Source of the DNA: Candidatus Moraniibacteriota bacterium
Lineage (GTDB): Bacteria; Patescibacteriota; Minisyncoccia; Moranbacterales; UBA2206
Assembly (NCBI GenBank): GCA_003483065.1
Contig: DMWY01000007.1
Location: 10,452-74,451, forward strand
Length of the DNA: 64,000 bases
Direction of reading: 5' to 3'
The notes under the pieces are model-generated. The model had not been told where the DNA came from and made no database searches. It worked only from the letters and a program-made list of their open reading frames with translations. This document shows, piece after piece, positions 47,554 through 57,968 of the stretch. The first letter of the stretch is position 1. Each line of letters begins with the position of its first letter. Position numbers and translations under genes: made by a program.

Positions 47554-49853
47554 TTAATTTATAGGATTAAAATCAAAAATCCCCTCTTCAAAATCTTGAT
47601 TTATCCCTTTTTCCCAACGAACAAACATTGGGTCATTGTAGTTCGGAAGTTCCGGACCAAGGGGAAAATCTTTATTCACATAAAAAAGTATTGAATGTTT
47701 TTCCGGTTCGATTTGTTGGCGCACTTCCGAAGCTTTGTATTTTTTTGATTTATCTTCGGAAATTTTTTTGCCAGAAGCTATTTTATAATACTTAATTTCT
47801 CCGGAAACATTTCCCGTAATCATAGACTTTGAAGAAACAATTTTTTCATACGAACCAAAATTTTCCTTGGGCAAATTAGGTAATTCTTTATTCAAGAAAT
47901 TTCGCCAGATAGGAGCGGCCACAAAAATCCCATCCGAACCATATTTCATAGGGGTGTTGTCATTATTACCAACCCAAACTCCAACAGAAATATTAGGCGT
48001 ATATCCAACCGTCCAAGCATCGCGAAATTCTTGAGTTGTCCCGGTTTTTGCCGCCACCGCATAATCCTTAAACGCCAAAGGGGTGTTACTGCCAAAAACA
48101 GCCGATCTAGCAGAATTGTCCGAAAGAATAGAATTTATTTTTCTAGCGACTTCCTTCTCCAAAACATTCTTACTTTCATTGGAATATTCTTTTTTAATAT
48201 TCCCTTTCTGATCAGTAATTTTTTGAATAACTTTGAGTTGGTTTTTTTCTCCGTCATTGGCAAAAACTGAAAAAGCCGAAGTCATTTCAAGCAACTTCAC
48301 TTCTCCACCACCCAAAACAAGCGAGAGTCCAAAGCGACTCCTATTTTCCAATGTGGAAATCCCCAAACTCTCAGCCAAATCTATCGTTTCATTTATTCCG
48401 GCTAGATACAGAGTTTTGACTGCGGGAATATTAAGCGACGATGACAAGGCCTGACGCATAGAAACAAGTCCGCTAAAATTTCCATTATAATTATTTGGTA
48501 TATAATTTTTGCCCGACCCATCTGGACCAAAATTTGTCGGCGCATCCCAAATTAATGTTTCCGGTTGATAACCTTTTTCAAAAGCCTTGGCATAAGCAAA
48601 CGGCTTAAATGACGACCCTGGTTGGCGAGGACTGGTCGCGATATTCACTTGCCCGTCAATTAAAGAATCAAAATAATCTTTGCTTCCCACCATCGCGAGG
48701 AGCTCCCCTGTTTTAGGAGAAATTGCAACTAATGAAGCGTTGTTTGCCCCATATTTCTTGTTGTTTTCCACGCCTTGACGCACTGATTCCTCAGCTCTTC
48801 TTTGCATATCATAATCAAGCGTAGTATAAATTTTCAAACCTTCCGTTTCCAAATCTAAATTTCCATATTCTTTTTCTAAAAATTCCTTAACATAAAAAAC
48901 AAAATGAGGCGCTTGGATATTTTTCTTAGGGGGTATAATTTTTTTCAAAGTATCAATCCCCAACGCTTCTTTAATCATTTTTTCGTCAGCCAACCCAAGA
49001 GTCACTAATTGTCTAAGAATATTTTTTTGCTGAGAAATTAAGGCTGTCTGATTGTTTCCATAAGGAGAATAGAAGGTTGTTGCTTTGGGAAGCGATGCCA
49101 GAAGAGCTGCTTCATCCAAAGCCAAATCAATCGCCCGCTTTCCAAAAAAAGTTTGTGCGGCGGATTCAATGCCATAAGCATTCGAACCATACGGAATTTG
49201 ATTCAGATAGAAGTCCAGGATCTCGTCTTTACTGAATTTTCGCTCCAGCTTTATGGCGATAATCGATTCTAGAATTTTTCTTTTTAGATTTTTATCCCGA
49301 TCCAAAAAAACATTCCTGGCTAATTGTTGGGTAATTGTTGGGTAATTGTTGATCCACCCTGTTGAAATTGTTTGTTTTTTATGTTAACTTCCAATGCCCG
49401 CAAAATTGAAGGGATATCAATTCCTATATGATCGTAGAAAGAAGCATCTTCTGAAACAATTGTTGCAACACGAATGGCATCAGGAATTTGATCGTGTGGC
49501 AAATTTTTCTTATTTTTTTCACCATAAATTTCATAAAGGATATGTTCTCCTGTTCGGTCATAAATAATTGTTGTGCCCTTTGAAACTCTATTTGGCAGTT
49601 CCTTGGCTTTTGGAGTAGCAAAGAAATAGATATAGATAAAAGAAAATAAAAAGATAAGAATTGTAAATAAAAAAATATATAAAAAAAACCTAGAAATCAT
49701 TCCCCTCTTTGATTGAGAAACGCCTTCTTTTTTGGAAAATTTTTCAAGAAAAAAACTAACCTTTTTTGAAAGTTTCTTTATTTCTTTAGTAAGAAAAGCC
49801 TTGTTTTTTGAATTTTTTTTCTTTTTCTCTTCCATTTGCTTAAATCTTAGCAT
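47554..49853 (-). pseudogene. Class A penicillin-binding protein (PBP1A-type transglycosylase/transpeptidase) split by an 11-bp tandem duplication
   Basis: ORF 49320..49853 ends ...EDASFYDHIGIDIPSILRALEVNIKNKQFQQGGSTITQQLPNN* (GT51 motifs 1 and 2). ORF 47554..49305 continues with GT51 motifs (KILESIIAIKLERKFSKDEILDFYLNQIPYG) and a transpeptidase domain (SSFKPF, KTGT). Deleting one 11-nt unit of taattgttggg (49321-49351, 2.8 copies) restores ...TITQQLARNVFLDRDKNLKRKIL..., the expected GT51 sequence. Confidence 0.75.
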
Positions 49854-49874
49854 AAAAAAACATTATATCCAACT

Positions 49875-49903
49875 AAAAACCCCGCCGTTTGGCGGGGTTT
49901 TAA
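49875..49903. terminator. Bidirectional intrinsic terminator (ccccgcc gttt ggcgggg)
   Basis: aaaaaccccgccgtttggcggggtttt, lying between rplL and the PBP gene. Confidence 0.65.
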
Positions 49904-49927
49904 TTTTTCGAATAAATTCGAAATGGC

Positions 49928-50338
49928 TTATTTTAGAGTTACAGTTGCACCAGCAGTTTCTAGTTTCTTTTTCATATCTTCTGCTTCGGCTTTTGTTACT
50001 TTTTCTTTGATAACCTTTGGAGCAGCGTCTACCAAATCCTTGGCATCCTTAAGTCCAAGGCCAGTTATTTCACGAACAGCCTTAATTACGTTTATTTTTG
50101 AAGCTCCTGAAGCGGTCACTTCAACATCAAATTCACTCTTTTCTTCAGCCGCAGCAGCTTCTCCGGCAGCAGCTGGAGCAGCTCCCATCATCATTGGAGC
50201 AGCAGCTGATACGCCAAATTTTTCTTCTAAAACCTTCACGAGCTCTGAAAGATCTAAAACACTCATTTTTTCAATTTCGCTAACAAGTGTCTTAAATTTT
50301 TCTGGAACAACTACTTCTTCTTTTTTTTCTTCTGTCAT
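49928..50338 (-). CDS. rplL: 50S ribosomal protein L7/L12
   Basis: N-terminal dimerisation/hinge region with an Ala-rich linker; C-terminal domain [24 protein letters not shown]. Confidence 0.95.
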   Translation of the reverse strand: MTEEKKEEVVVPEKFKTLVSEIEKMSVLDLSELVKVLEEKFGVSAAAPMMMGAAPAAAGEAAAAEEKSEFDVEVTASGASKINVIKAVREITGLGLKDAKDLVDAAPKVIKEKVTKAEAEDMKKKLETAGATVTLK

Positions 50339-50360
50339 ATTTTTTAGTTAACTAATTAAT

Positions 50361-50876
50361 TTACTTATTCTCACTTACTGCTTTCAAAACTTGCACTAAA
50401 CCTCGCAAATTTCCAGCTAGGACATTTACAAATCCTGAAACAGGAGCGTTCAATGTTCCAACTAGTTTCGCCAAAAGTTCGTCCTTGCTTGGCAATTTGG
50501 AAAGTGCCATTACTTCTTCTGTAGAAAGAATTTTTTTACCCAAAATTCCTCCAGCAATTTTCAAATTTTCATTGACCTTAGCCATCTTGGCGATGATCTT
50601 AGCAGCTTCCACTTCGTCCCCTTGCGAAACAGCGATGGCAATTTGTCCTTCCATTTTTTTCAAATCCATTTCGATTCCAGCGTCCTTAAGCGCGATAGAA
50701 ATCAAAGTTTTTTTGAGCACTTTGAAATCAATACCTTTCTCACGGAGCTCGTTTCGAAGCACTGTCATATCCTTAACAGCCAGTCCTTTGAAATCAGAAA
50801 AAACCACCGCTTTTGAATCTTTTAGTTTCTGTGCGAGAGATTTCACTAATTCTTCTTTTTGTAATCTTGTTTGCAT
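50361..50876 (-). CDS. rplJ: 50S ribosomal protein L10
   Basis: MQTRLQKEELVKSLAQKLKDSKAVVFSDFKGLAVKDMTVLR; conserved upstream of rplL. Confidence 0.95.
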   Translation of the reverse strand: MQTRLQKEELVKSLAQKLKDSKAVVFSDFKGLAVKDMTVLRNELREKGIDFKVLKKTLISIALKDAGIEMDLKKMEGQIAIAVSQGDEVEAAKIIAKMAKVNENLKIAGGILGKKILSTEEVMALSKLPSKDELLAKLVGTLNAPVSGFVNVLAGNLRGLVQVLKAVSENK

Positions 50877-51036
50877 AAATTTACATTAAAAAACGACTAC
50901 TTTCCGCAGTCGACCAAAATAAAAATAAACTATTTTTATTTCCTACATAGGACTTACGTGAATGCCTATGGTCTGCGGAAAATTATATCTATAAACTTAC
51001 AATTATTCTACTTTTTCAGCCATAGGCTGATCCGCC
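50877..51036 (-). promoter_or_regulatory. Structured 5' leader of rplJ-rplL (candidate L10 leader autoregulatory element)
   Basis: 160-nt untranslated gap. Shows long-range pairing CCGCAG(TCG)ACC / GGTCTGCGG enclosing the palindromic CCTACATAGG / CCTATGG hairpins, and upstream hairpins CCGCC TAA GGCGG and CAGCC TAT GGCTG. Confidence 0.35.
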
Positions 51037-51441
51037 TTAGGCGGAAACTTCCTCTTTTTTCACCTCTTCAGCCTTCACCTCTTCTGGTTTGACTTCTTCT
51101 GCTTTAGGTTCTTCAGCTTTAACTTCTTCTGGCTTAGCTTCAGTTGCTGGAACTTCTGCGACTTCTGCAACTTTCACTTCTGGCAACTTAACTGTTCTTT
51201 TCTTGTCCGTTATAACTTTTTTTCTCACCAATAGATTATGCACCGTATCAGAAAGCTGAGCACCCTTAGAAATCCATTCCTTGATTCTCTTCTCTTTCAG
51301 TACAGCTTGCTTTGAATGCGGATCATAAGCACCCAAAATCTCAACATGACGCCCTCCGGGGGCAACTGTTTTATCTTGCAAAACTATCTTATATTGAGCT
51401 TTATTCGTTTTTCCAACTCTGGCTAATCGTATAGTTAACAT
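51037..51441 (-). CDS. rpsP: 30S ribosomal protein S16 with a Lys/Glu/Pro-rich C-terminal extension
   Basis: MLTIRLARVGKTNKAQYKIVLQD...GAYDP; the internal ATG 51439-51441 is the likely start. About 50 extra C-terminal residues of PEEVKAEE repeats. Confidence 0.85.
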   Translation of the reverse strand: MLTIRLARVGKTNKAQYKIVLQDKTVAPGGRHVEILGAYDPHSKQAVLKEKRIKEWISKGAQLSDTVHNLLVRKKVITDKKRTVKLPEVKVAEVAEVPATEAKPEEVKAEEPKAEEVKPEEVKAEEVKKEEVSA

Positions 51442-51535
51442 AATAATAAAATAAGCATAAACCAAGTTATACTCAGGTCAAATCAATTACTTATATAGGA
51501 TATAGGAATTATTCCTAGTTGTCAATAACCCTTAA

Positions 51536-53929
51536 CTATTTAGCTATGATCTTCCCCCCTTGCCCGATTTGATCCAACTTAACTGAGAGAAGTTTTGAGA
51601 TGCCTTCTTCGCCCATGGTGACGCCATACAGAAGCGATGCCTGACGCATAGTTTCGCGATTGTGAGTAATTGTGACAAATTGAGTTCTGTCGGAAAGCTC
51701 TTGCAAAATTCGACTAAAACGACGCGAATTAGCTTCATCTAAGGCTGCCTCAACTTCGTCTAGAATTGCAAAAGGTGGCGGATTATGAGAAATTATCGCA
51801 AATAAAAGCGCTAAGGATGTGAGTGATCTTTCACCACCAGAAAGCATTGAGAGATTGGCAATTCTCTTGCCAGGAGGGCAAGCTGAAATATCAATTCCGA
51901 TTTCGCTTCTTTCTTCCTGAATGTTCTCTTCTTCTTTTGCCTCCTCTTTTTCATTCTTATTTTCAGTCTCTCCTTCTACTAAATCCTCTTTGGCTTTTCG
52001 TCTAGAAGTTTGAATTTTGAGCTTAGTTAAATGAGCAGTTCCTCCACCGAAAATTATTCTGAAATATTTTGAAAATTCTTTGTTTATTTCCTCATAGGTA
52101 GTCGCAAATTTCACTTCAATTTTTTGATCCATCTCCTTTATCACTTCTCGAAGAGACACAATCGCGTCTTCTAAATCTTTTGATTCACCTTCCAGAAATT
52201 CAAAACGTTTTTGGGTTTCATTATATTCATCAATAACCATCGGGTCAATTCCTCCGATTTGTTCCATTTTTATTTTTAATTTATATATTTCATTTTCTAG
52301 AGCTTCTCGATTTATTTCTCCTTCGACAGGAACTAATTCCTCCACTTCTTTTCTCAGCTCAATTTTTATCTGATTTTTCAAATCTTCTTCGCGCACTTCC
52401 ACTCTCGCTAGAGCAATTTTAGAATCATTAAATTTATCCTTGAGTTTATTCAGTTCGTCTTGTTTCGTTCTTAATTTTCCTTCGATTTCAAAAAATTTCC
52501 TGCGTTTTTCGCGATCCAACAGAATTTCCTGTTGCATTTCCTTTTCAGCCAGCAACAATTCTTCTTGCGCCTTTTTGATATCCTCTCTAATCTTAATTAT
52601 TCTTTCTTGCAGTTCAATTAACACTAAAGATTTTTCTGCATAGTCCTGTTTTTTCTGTGTCGTTCTGTTTTCTTCTGTGTTTTTTTGTGTCTTTAATTCT
52701 GTGTCGTTCTGTGCCTTTTTCCCTTTTTCAATTTCTATTTTCAAATCATATAGTCGCTGGGCGATAACTCTGGCAAATTCTTTTATATCTTGTAAATCCT
52801 CCATTTTTTCGGCGTTCTCAATTTTTTCAATCAGTTTTTCCTGTTCCTTTTTTATTTCTTCCAGTTTTTCTTTTATATACGCCCTGTCAACTAATTGCTC
52901 TTTGGGCAAACTAATTTCTGTTTCTCTGATCATTTCAACATTTTTTTGCTTTTCTTTTTCAATCTCAATTCGTCCTTCGGTTATGATAAGTTCTCTTTCT
53001 AATTGATTCAGTTTATTTCTTTGTTCTCTTTGTTTATTTTCCAACTCAAGATGTTTTGCTTCATTTATTTCATTTTTTTCCTCCTTCGACTCATTGCCAA
53101 TTTCATCCGTAAGTTTGTCTACTTCTCGTTGCATATTGATGAGAATTCTGCCAGATTCTTCTTTTTCTTCGTTTAATCTATTTCTTTCGCGCTGAAAATT
53201 ATGCCACAAATAGGAAAACAATCTGGTTTGTTTATTTGAGAGTTCTATCGATACTCCCTCGCTTTCTGCTGCCTTATCCGCCTGTCTTTTTAGCATTCGC
53301 AAGTGCGGTTTTATCTCTTCCATCAGTTCATTAGCTCTTTGTAAATTTTGACGCGTAGAATCAAGCTTACGCAAAGATCTTTCTTTTTTGATTTGATATT
53401 GTTTCACGCCAGCCGCATCTTCGATGACTGATCTTCGCTCAAATGGCGTAGCGTTGAGTACTGAGTCGGCCATACCTTGATTAACTACAGCATAACTTTC
53501 TTTGCCCACTCCCGCTTTAGCTAGTATATCCACAATATCTTGCAAGCGAACTCGTGAACCATTGATCAAATATTCGCTTTCTCCAGAACGAAAAATTTTT
53601 CTTGTCACTGAAACTTCTTCAAATTCCAGTGGAATTCTCTTGTCACTATTATCCAAATATAGCGTGACATAAGCACTGCCAAGTCTAGCTTTTTTTCCAC
53701 TTCCTGCAAAAATAATATCTTCAGATTTTTTTCCGCGTAAATTTTTCATTGACTGCTCCCCCATCACCCAGCGAAGAGCATCAGCGATATTTGATTTACC
53801 CGAACCATTTGGACCAACAATCGCCGTAATACCTTGATTTGTTCCATTTTTGGAGTCAATTAAAAAGTCGAGGGTAGTTTTCGACGCAAAGGATTTAAAA
53901 CCTGAAATTTCGAGTTTTTTTAGATACAC
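51536..53929 (-). CDS. smc: SMC-family chromosome segregation ATPase (short, apparently hinge-less)
   Basis: N-terminal Walker A GPNGSGKSNI; C-terminal signature and Walker B LSGGERSLTSLALLFAI...FAILDEVEAALD; about 600 aa of continuous coiled coil with no Gly-rich hinge; rnc-smc synteny. Confidence 0.75.
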   Translation of the reverse strand: MYLKKLEISGFKSFASKTTLDFLIDSKNGTNQGITAIVGPNGSGKSNIADALRWVMGEQSMKNLRGKKSEDIIFAGSGKKARLGSAYVTLYLDNSDKRIPLEFEEVSVTRKIFRSGESEYLINGSRVRLQDIVDILAKAGVGKESYAVVNQGMADSVLNATPFERRSVIEDAAGVKQYQIKKERSLRKLDSTRQNLQRANELMEEIKPHLRMLKRQADKAAESEGVSIELSNKQTRLFSYLWHNFQRERNRLNEEKEESGRILINMQREVDKLTDEIGNESKEEKNEINEAKHLELENKQREQRNKLNQLERELIITEGRIEIEKEKQKNVEMIRETEISLPKEQLVDRAYIKEKLEEIKKEQEKLIEKIENAEKMEDLQDIKEFARVIAQRLYDLKIEIEKGKKAQNDTELKTQKNTEENRTTQKKQDYAEKSLVLIELQERIIKIREDIKKAQEELLLAEKEMQQEILLDREKRRKFFEIEGKLRTKQDELNKLKDKFNDSKIALARVEVREEDLKNQIKIELRKEVEELVPVEGEINREALENEIYKLKIKMEQIGGIDPMVIDEYNETQKRFEFLEGESKDLEDAIVSLREVIKEMDQKIEVKFATTYEEINKEFSKYFRIIFGGGTAHLTKLKIQTSRRKAKEDLVEGETENKNEKEEAKEEENIQEERSEIGIDISACPPGKRIANLSMLSGGERSLTSLALLFAIISHNPPPFAILDEVEAALDEANSRRFSRILQELSDRTQFVTITHNRETMRQASLLYGVTMGEEGISKLLSVKLDQIGQGGKIIAK

Positions 53930-53945
53930 TGTTTTTTTTATTTTT

Positions 53946-54635
53946 TTACCAGCCTTTTACTTCAAGGCCTTTTTCGGCGGCGTTTCTTTGGGCTTCTTGT
54001 TTGGATTGTCCTTCGCCTTTGGCAATCATTTCATCAGCCAAATATACTCCGACTACAAATTTTTTGTCGTGATCTGGACCGGATTCGGAGATTACGCGAT
54101 ATGACGGAGTGACACCTGCCTTATCCTGTGATTCTTCTTGAAAACGAGATTTCGGATCCATATATAATTTGTTCTCAATGATATTTGGCAATTCGCACAC
54201 TACATTTTTCATGATAAATTCTTGGCATGCGCTGTAGCCTTTTTCTTTTTGATCCAAATAAATTGCGCCCGTAATTGCTTCAAAAGCATTGGCCAGAAGA
54301 TATTGGCGCGCGCGTCCAGTGTCTTTAGTTTCTCCGCGACTCATTAGGAGATATTCTTCGATGCCTAATCTTTTGGAAATCCTTGCCAGCATTTCTCCAT
54401 TAACCAAGGCTGCTCGCCAGTTAGTGAGCTCCCCTTCTTGATTGGAATAATTTTTATATAAATATTCTGTCACAACAATTTCCAAAACCGCGTCTCCCAA
54501 AAATTCCAAACGCTCGTTATGTTCCAATTTATGACCTCGATGCTCATTAAGATACGATCGATGTGTCATCGCTTGTTTCAAAAGATCAATATCATTAAAT
54601 TTAACACCAATTTTTTTGGCTAATTCTTCAATCAT
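53946..54635 (-). CDS. rnc: Ribonuclease III
   Basis: ERLEFLGDAVLEIVVTEYLY (RNase III signature) and a C-terminal dsRBD; start set at the internal Met (ORF extends to 54677). Confidence 0.9.
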   Translation of the reverse strand: MIEELAKKIGVKFNDIDLLKQAMTHRSYLNEHRGHKLEHNERLEFLGDAVLEIVVTEYLYKNYSNQEGELTNWRAALVNGEMLARISKRLGIEEYLLMSRGETKDTGRARQYLLANAFEAITGAIYLDQKEKGYSACQEFIMKNVVCELPNIIENKLYMDPKSRFQEESQDKAGVTPSYRVISESGPDHDKKFVVGVYLADEMIAKGEGQSKQEAQRNAAEKGLEVKGW

Positions 54636-54779
54636 CTGTTTATAATAATCAAGATACAAGAGGCAATTATCAAACAAAATTCAAATTCCGACAATCAATA
54701 ATCAAAAAAATATAATTTTAGAAATTGATTATTGAAATTTATTTGTATCTTGTTTCTTGGTTATTGATTATTAAAATAC

Positions 54780-55274
54780 TTATTTATTATTCTCGCTTAT
54801 TTTTTCTTCTTTTTTATTGGTTATTTTTTTCTTCGTACTGTCATCTTTCAAGGGTTCACCGAGTTCGCGGTATATTGTACCAAGCACACCATTGACAAAC
54901 CGTCCGGAAGATTCTCCGCCAAAAGATTTAGCCAGTTCAATAGATTCATTAATCGCTACTTTTGGTGGCACTTCTTCATAACTGCCAAATAGAAGTTCGT
55001 AAATTCCCAAACGCAAAATATTGCGATCAACTATCGTCACTTGATCAAGTGGCCATTCCGGAGCGCATTTTTCAATCAGTGGGTCAATTTTGTCCACATT
55101 CTTTATTATATTTTCCACCAAAGAATGCAAAAAATCAGTTTCGTCCATACCAGGGCCGAACTCTTTGATATTTTTTGAAATTATCTCCTCTATTTTGGAA
55201 TTGTCTTTTTTGTTGAAATCCCACTCATAGAGACATTGCATCGCAATTGATCTCGAAAGATGACGATTAGCCAT
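54780..55274 (-). CDS. nusB: Transcription antitermination factor NusB
   Basis: [17 protein letters not shown]...; all-helical, 164 aa. Confidence 0.9.
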   Translation of the reverse strand: MANRHLSRSIAMQCLYEWDFNKKDNSKIEEIISKNIKEFGPGMDETDFLHSLVENIIKNVDKIDPLIEKCAPEWPLDQVTIVDRNILRLGIYELLFGSYEEVPPKVAINESIELAKSFGGESSGRFVNGVLGTIYRELGEPLKDDSTKKKITNKKEEKISENNK

Positions 55275-55276
55275 TT

Positions 55277-55477
55277 TTATTTTTTCTTTTTATTAACCTT
55301 TTTCATTGTGTTTATCACTTCCTTGCCTTTGTAATATCCACATTTTGGACAAGCGATATGTCCTTCTATTTTGGCTTTGCAGTTAGGACAAGCAATCAAA
55401 TCCTTTGATTTAAGCTTGTAGTGAACTCTAGCTCTGTCTCTTCGGGCTTTTGTGTGACGTTGTCTTGCTACTGGCAT
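55277..55477 (-). CDS. rpmF: 50S ribosomal protein L32
   Basis: [22 protein letters not shown]...CPNC...[12 protein letters not shown]: the L32 N-terminus and Zn-ribbon. Confidence 0.85.
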   Translation of the reverse strand: MPVARQRHTKARRDRARVHYKLKSKDLIACPNCKAKIEGHIACPKCGYYKGKEVINTMKKVNKKKK

Positions 55478-55521
55478 AGATTTATAATTTAACTTAATTA
55501 CTAATATATATAACTTATCAT

Positions 55522-56385
55522 TTAATTAGCCATTTGGCAAGAAAAGAGATTTTTGCAAATATATTCAATGTCGCCTTTTTCATCTGTTCGCAAAATATTT
55601 ATTTTTTTGGCTCTGAGACGCTCCAAAAGTTCTCCTGCCGGATGACCATAACTGTTGTTTTTGCCGACAGAAATAATCGCATCAAATGGACTAACTTTAC
55701 TCAAAAACTCTTGACTGGTGGCATTTTTTGAACCATGATGGGAAACTTTCAGTACTTTTGAGATTAAGTCAAATTTATCGATCAATAAAGCGCTTTCTTT
55801 TTCTAGCGGAAAATCCCCAGTAAAAAGAAAAGAATTTTGGCCATATATTAGTTTTGCCACGATACTATCAGAATTTGTATCTTTTGGTCCGCCAGCTGGC
55901 GGATCCAAAATCAAACCAGGATAGATAATTTCTAGATTAGCATCTTTGATTTTTATATTCATCCCCTCTTTGCCTTTCAATCTTTCGATATTTTTATTTT
56001 CAATTATTTCTAAATAATTTTTATAAACTTGAGAATCACTCTCGGCGCTATTATCAATCACTTTGCCAATCTTATAATTTTTCATCACATCAATGAGTCC
56101 ACCAATATGATCTTGATCTGGATGAGTCGCGATAACTATCTCAATTTTTCTGTCCCAAAATGGAATATATTTTCCCAATTTTTCCATTTCCTTTTGTCCG
56201 CTCGGCCCACCGTCAATCAAAATCTGATTTTGCCCTTGTGAAATCATGATGGCATCGCCCTGTCCAACATTGAAAAAAATAATCTTGAGTTTTTGATTTT
56301 GAGAATGCCAAATAACACCAGCTAAAATTAAGCTGATTATTAGTAGAAATATTAGGGAAAAATAAATGTGTTTTTTGTGAAACAT
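55522..56385 (-). CDS. MBL-fold metallo-hydrolase (ComEC C-terminal-domain-like, stand-alone)
   Basis: N-terminal TM; IATHPDQDHIGG (HxHxDH-type motif) and later His/Asp ligands; the type of domain normally fused to the ComEC C-terminus. Confidence 0.7.
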   Translation of the reverse strand: MFHKKHIYFSLIFLLIISLILAGVIWHSQNQKLKIIFFNVGQGDAIMISQGQNQILIDGGPSGQKEMEKLGKYIPFWDRKIEIVIATHPDQDHIGGLIDVMKNYKIGKVIDNSAESDSQVYKNYLEIIENKNIERLKGKEGMNIKIKDANLEIIYPGLILDPPAGGPKDTNSDSIVAKLIYGQNSFLFTGDFPLEKESALLIDKFDLISKVLKVSHHGSKNATSQEFLSKVSPFDAIISVGKNNSYGHPAGELLERLRAKKINILRTDEKGDIEYICKNLFSCQMAN

Positions 56386-56510
56386 TCTTTTTTCTCAAAA
56401 AATAAATTACTCCTGCTAAAATTATATATTACAAAAGCACTTTTCACCACTGAGAATAAATGAAAAGAGACTGACTGTCATTTTGACCAGTCAGTCTCTT
56501 TTGTCGAACG

Positions 56511-57860
56511 TTATCGATTTAGGAGGTTCCAAATCTCCCCAAATTTGAGAAGATATACACGAGTTTCCTCGGGTAATGCTCCTCCTGAATTTATTGATTT
56601 GGCGGCCCGCGGAGAACCACAGTTGTAAGCAGCTGCCAAGTATTTCCCCATATCTTCGGGGGAATTCCTTAACTTCTCCCGATATTTTGGGCTAAGATAG
56701 GCAAGATCACTATCAAAAAGAAGGAGCGACGCTTTTGCTCCATTGAAGTGATTTTCCATCCCCTCAATAAAATCAGGAGTCAAACGAGCTTCCTGATAGA
56801 TCCCCTTTAAGTTCCTATAGGTTTTGGGGATAAATTGAAAAAGTCCTCTTGCTTTCGATTTGGAAATTGAATAGCGATAAGCAAGATTCCCATTAGCCCC
56901 AACGATCGTTAGAACTTCATTCGTCAGACTTTCTGAAGATTCCCCTCGTAGAAATCTTGCGGGATCAATATGCTCGATAATGCTTAAGCATAAGGACACC
57001 TCCGTTGGGACAACCTCAGAAACATTCTCACCTGAAAAAGCGTGTGACCTAACCCCAAGAGAGGCCAGTTCATTCTTCGCAGCTAGAATTTTATCCTGAA
57101 GATATTCTAGGCCGCGTTGACGGATTGCTGGGATATCTAACTCTTTGGTGTAAGGAGTATAAACAACCTCCTTATACTTTCCATCAAATTGAACAACCCG
57201 ACGAAGACCAAGGACTATAAATCCCTCCGGGTGAGTCACTTCAAATTCAGTGTTCACTCCGTTAGGATTTCCCCTATCTATTCCAAATCCTTTGACTAGG
57301 CCCTTACCCTTAGCGGGAATACGAATGAGTTTGATAATACGCTCATTCACATTTTCCACTGCCAGGAGAACATTGTAGTCTTTTAAGTATGGAACTGTCC
57401 AGGTCTGTTTGCATTTACCCTTTACTGTAACGATCTTAAATTTCCCCTTTCTCTTTTTTATTGGTACTTTTTTTTGAACCTTACAGTCTTTAAATTTGTA
57501 AAGTTCCTTTCGCCCAAGAGTAAAGCCAGCCTCATTTCCCTCCAGGAGTAACCGGGCTTTGTCAATATCAGCCAAAATGTCAAAATCAACATTTAGCTGA
57601 CCCCTGCACGGCAAACTCGCGACAGAATCAAGGCCACATACCCTTTCTACTTTCACTTCTTTTTTTTCTTTGGATATTTCGCCTCCTGAGAAAATCCAAT
57701 TAAAGTTTTGTATGAAAATAAACATACTCAAAACAAGAATGACCCAATGTTCCCAGTGGGCCCTCCTGATAATCGGCCATGAAAATTTCCACAATTTATT
57801 AAGGATCGACACTAATATTGCCAGTTTCTTGTTTTCCATAATCCCCCCCCTTTTTATCAT
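56511..57860 (-). CDS. Putative lytic transglycosylase (SLT-domain-like) protein
   Basis: N-terminal TM; the C-terminal half has ES...ANGNLAYRYSISKSKARGLFQFIPKTY, matching the SLT catalytic motif (E-S...GLMQ.mp.T). Confidence 0.5.
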   Translation of the reverse strand: MIKRGGIMENKKLAILVSILNKLWKFSWPIIRRAHWEHWVILVLSMFIFIQNFNWIFSGGEISKEKKEVKVERVCGLDSVASLPCRGQLNVDFDILADIDKARLLLEGNEAGFTLGRKELYKFKDCKVQKKVPIKKRKGKFKIVTVKGKCKQTWTVPYLKDYNVLLAVENVNERIIKLIRIPAKGKGLVKGFGIDRGNPNGVNTEFEVTHPEGFIVLGLRRVVQFDGKYKEVVYTPYTKELDIPAIRQRGLEYLQDKILAAKNELASLGVRSHAFSGENVSEVVPTEVSLCLSIIEHIDPARFLRGESSESLTNEVLTIVGANGNLAYRYSISKSKARGLFQFIPKTYRNLKGIYQEARLTPDFIEGMENHFNGAKASLLLFDSDLAYLSPKYREKLRNSPEDMGKYLAAAYNCGSPRAAKSINSGGALPEETRVYLLKFGEIWNLLNR

Positions 57861-57968
57861 TCAGATTGATTGTTTGGTTTTTGCATGAAATATGAAAATA
57901 GATAGGCCTACTATTTAAGCACGTATTATCCTTTTTGTCAAATATTTTTACCTCTTCCAAAATATGCA

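Noticed and set aside
52640-52730. Short tandem repeats (ctgtgtcgttctgt...) resembling a CRISPR or VNTR array
   Set aside because: The repeats lie inside the smc coiled-coil coding region and encode low-complexity K/E/T-rich sequence. There is no spacer/repeat architecture.
54636-54779. AT-rich inverted repeat (caataatcaa / ttgattattg) between nusB and rnc as a terminator or sRNA
   Set aside because: No flanking U-tract on either strand and very low GC, so it is probably just promoter-region symmetry.
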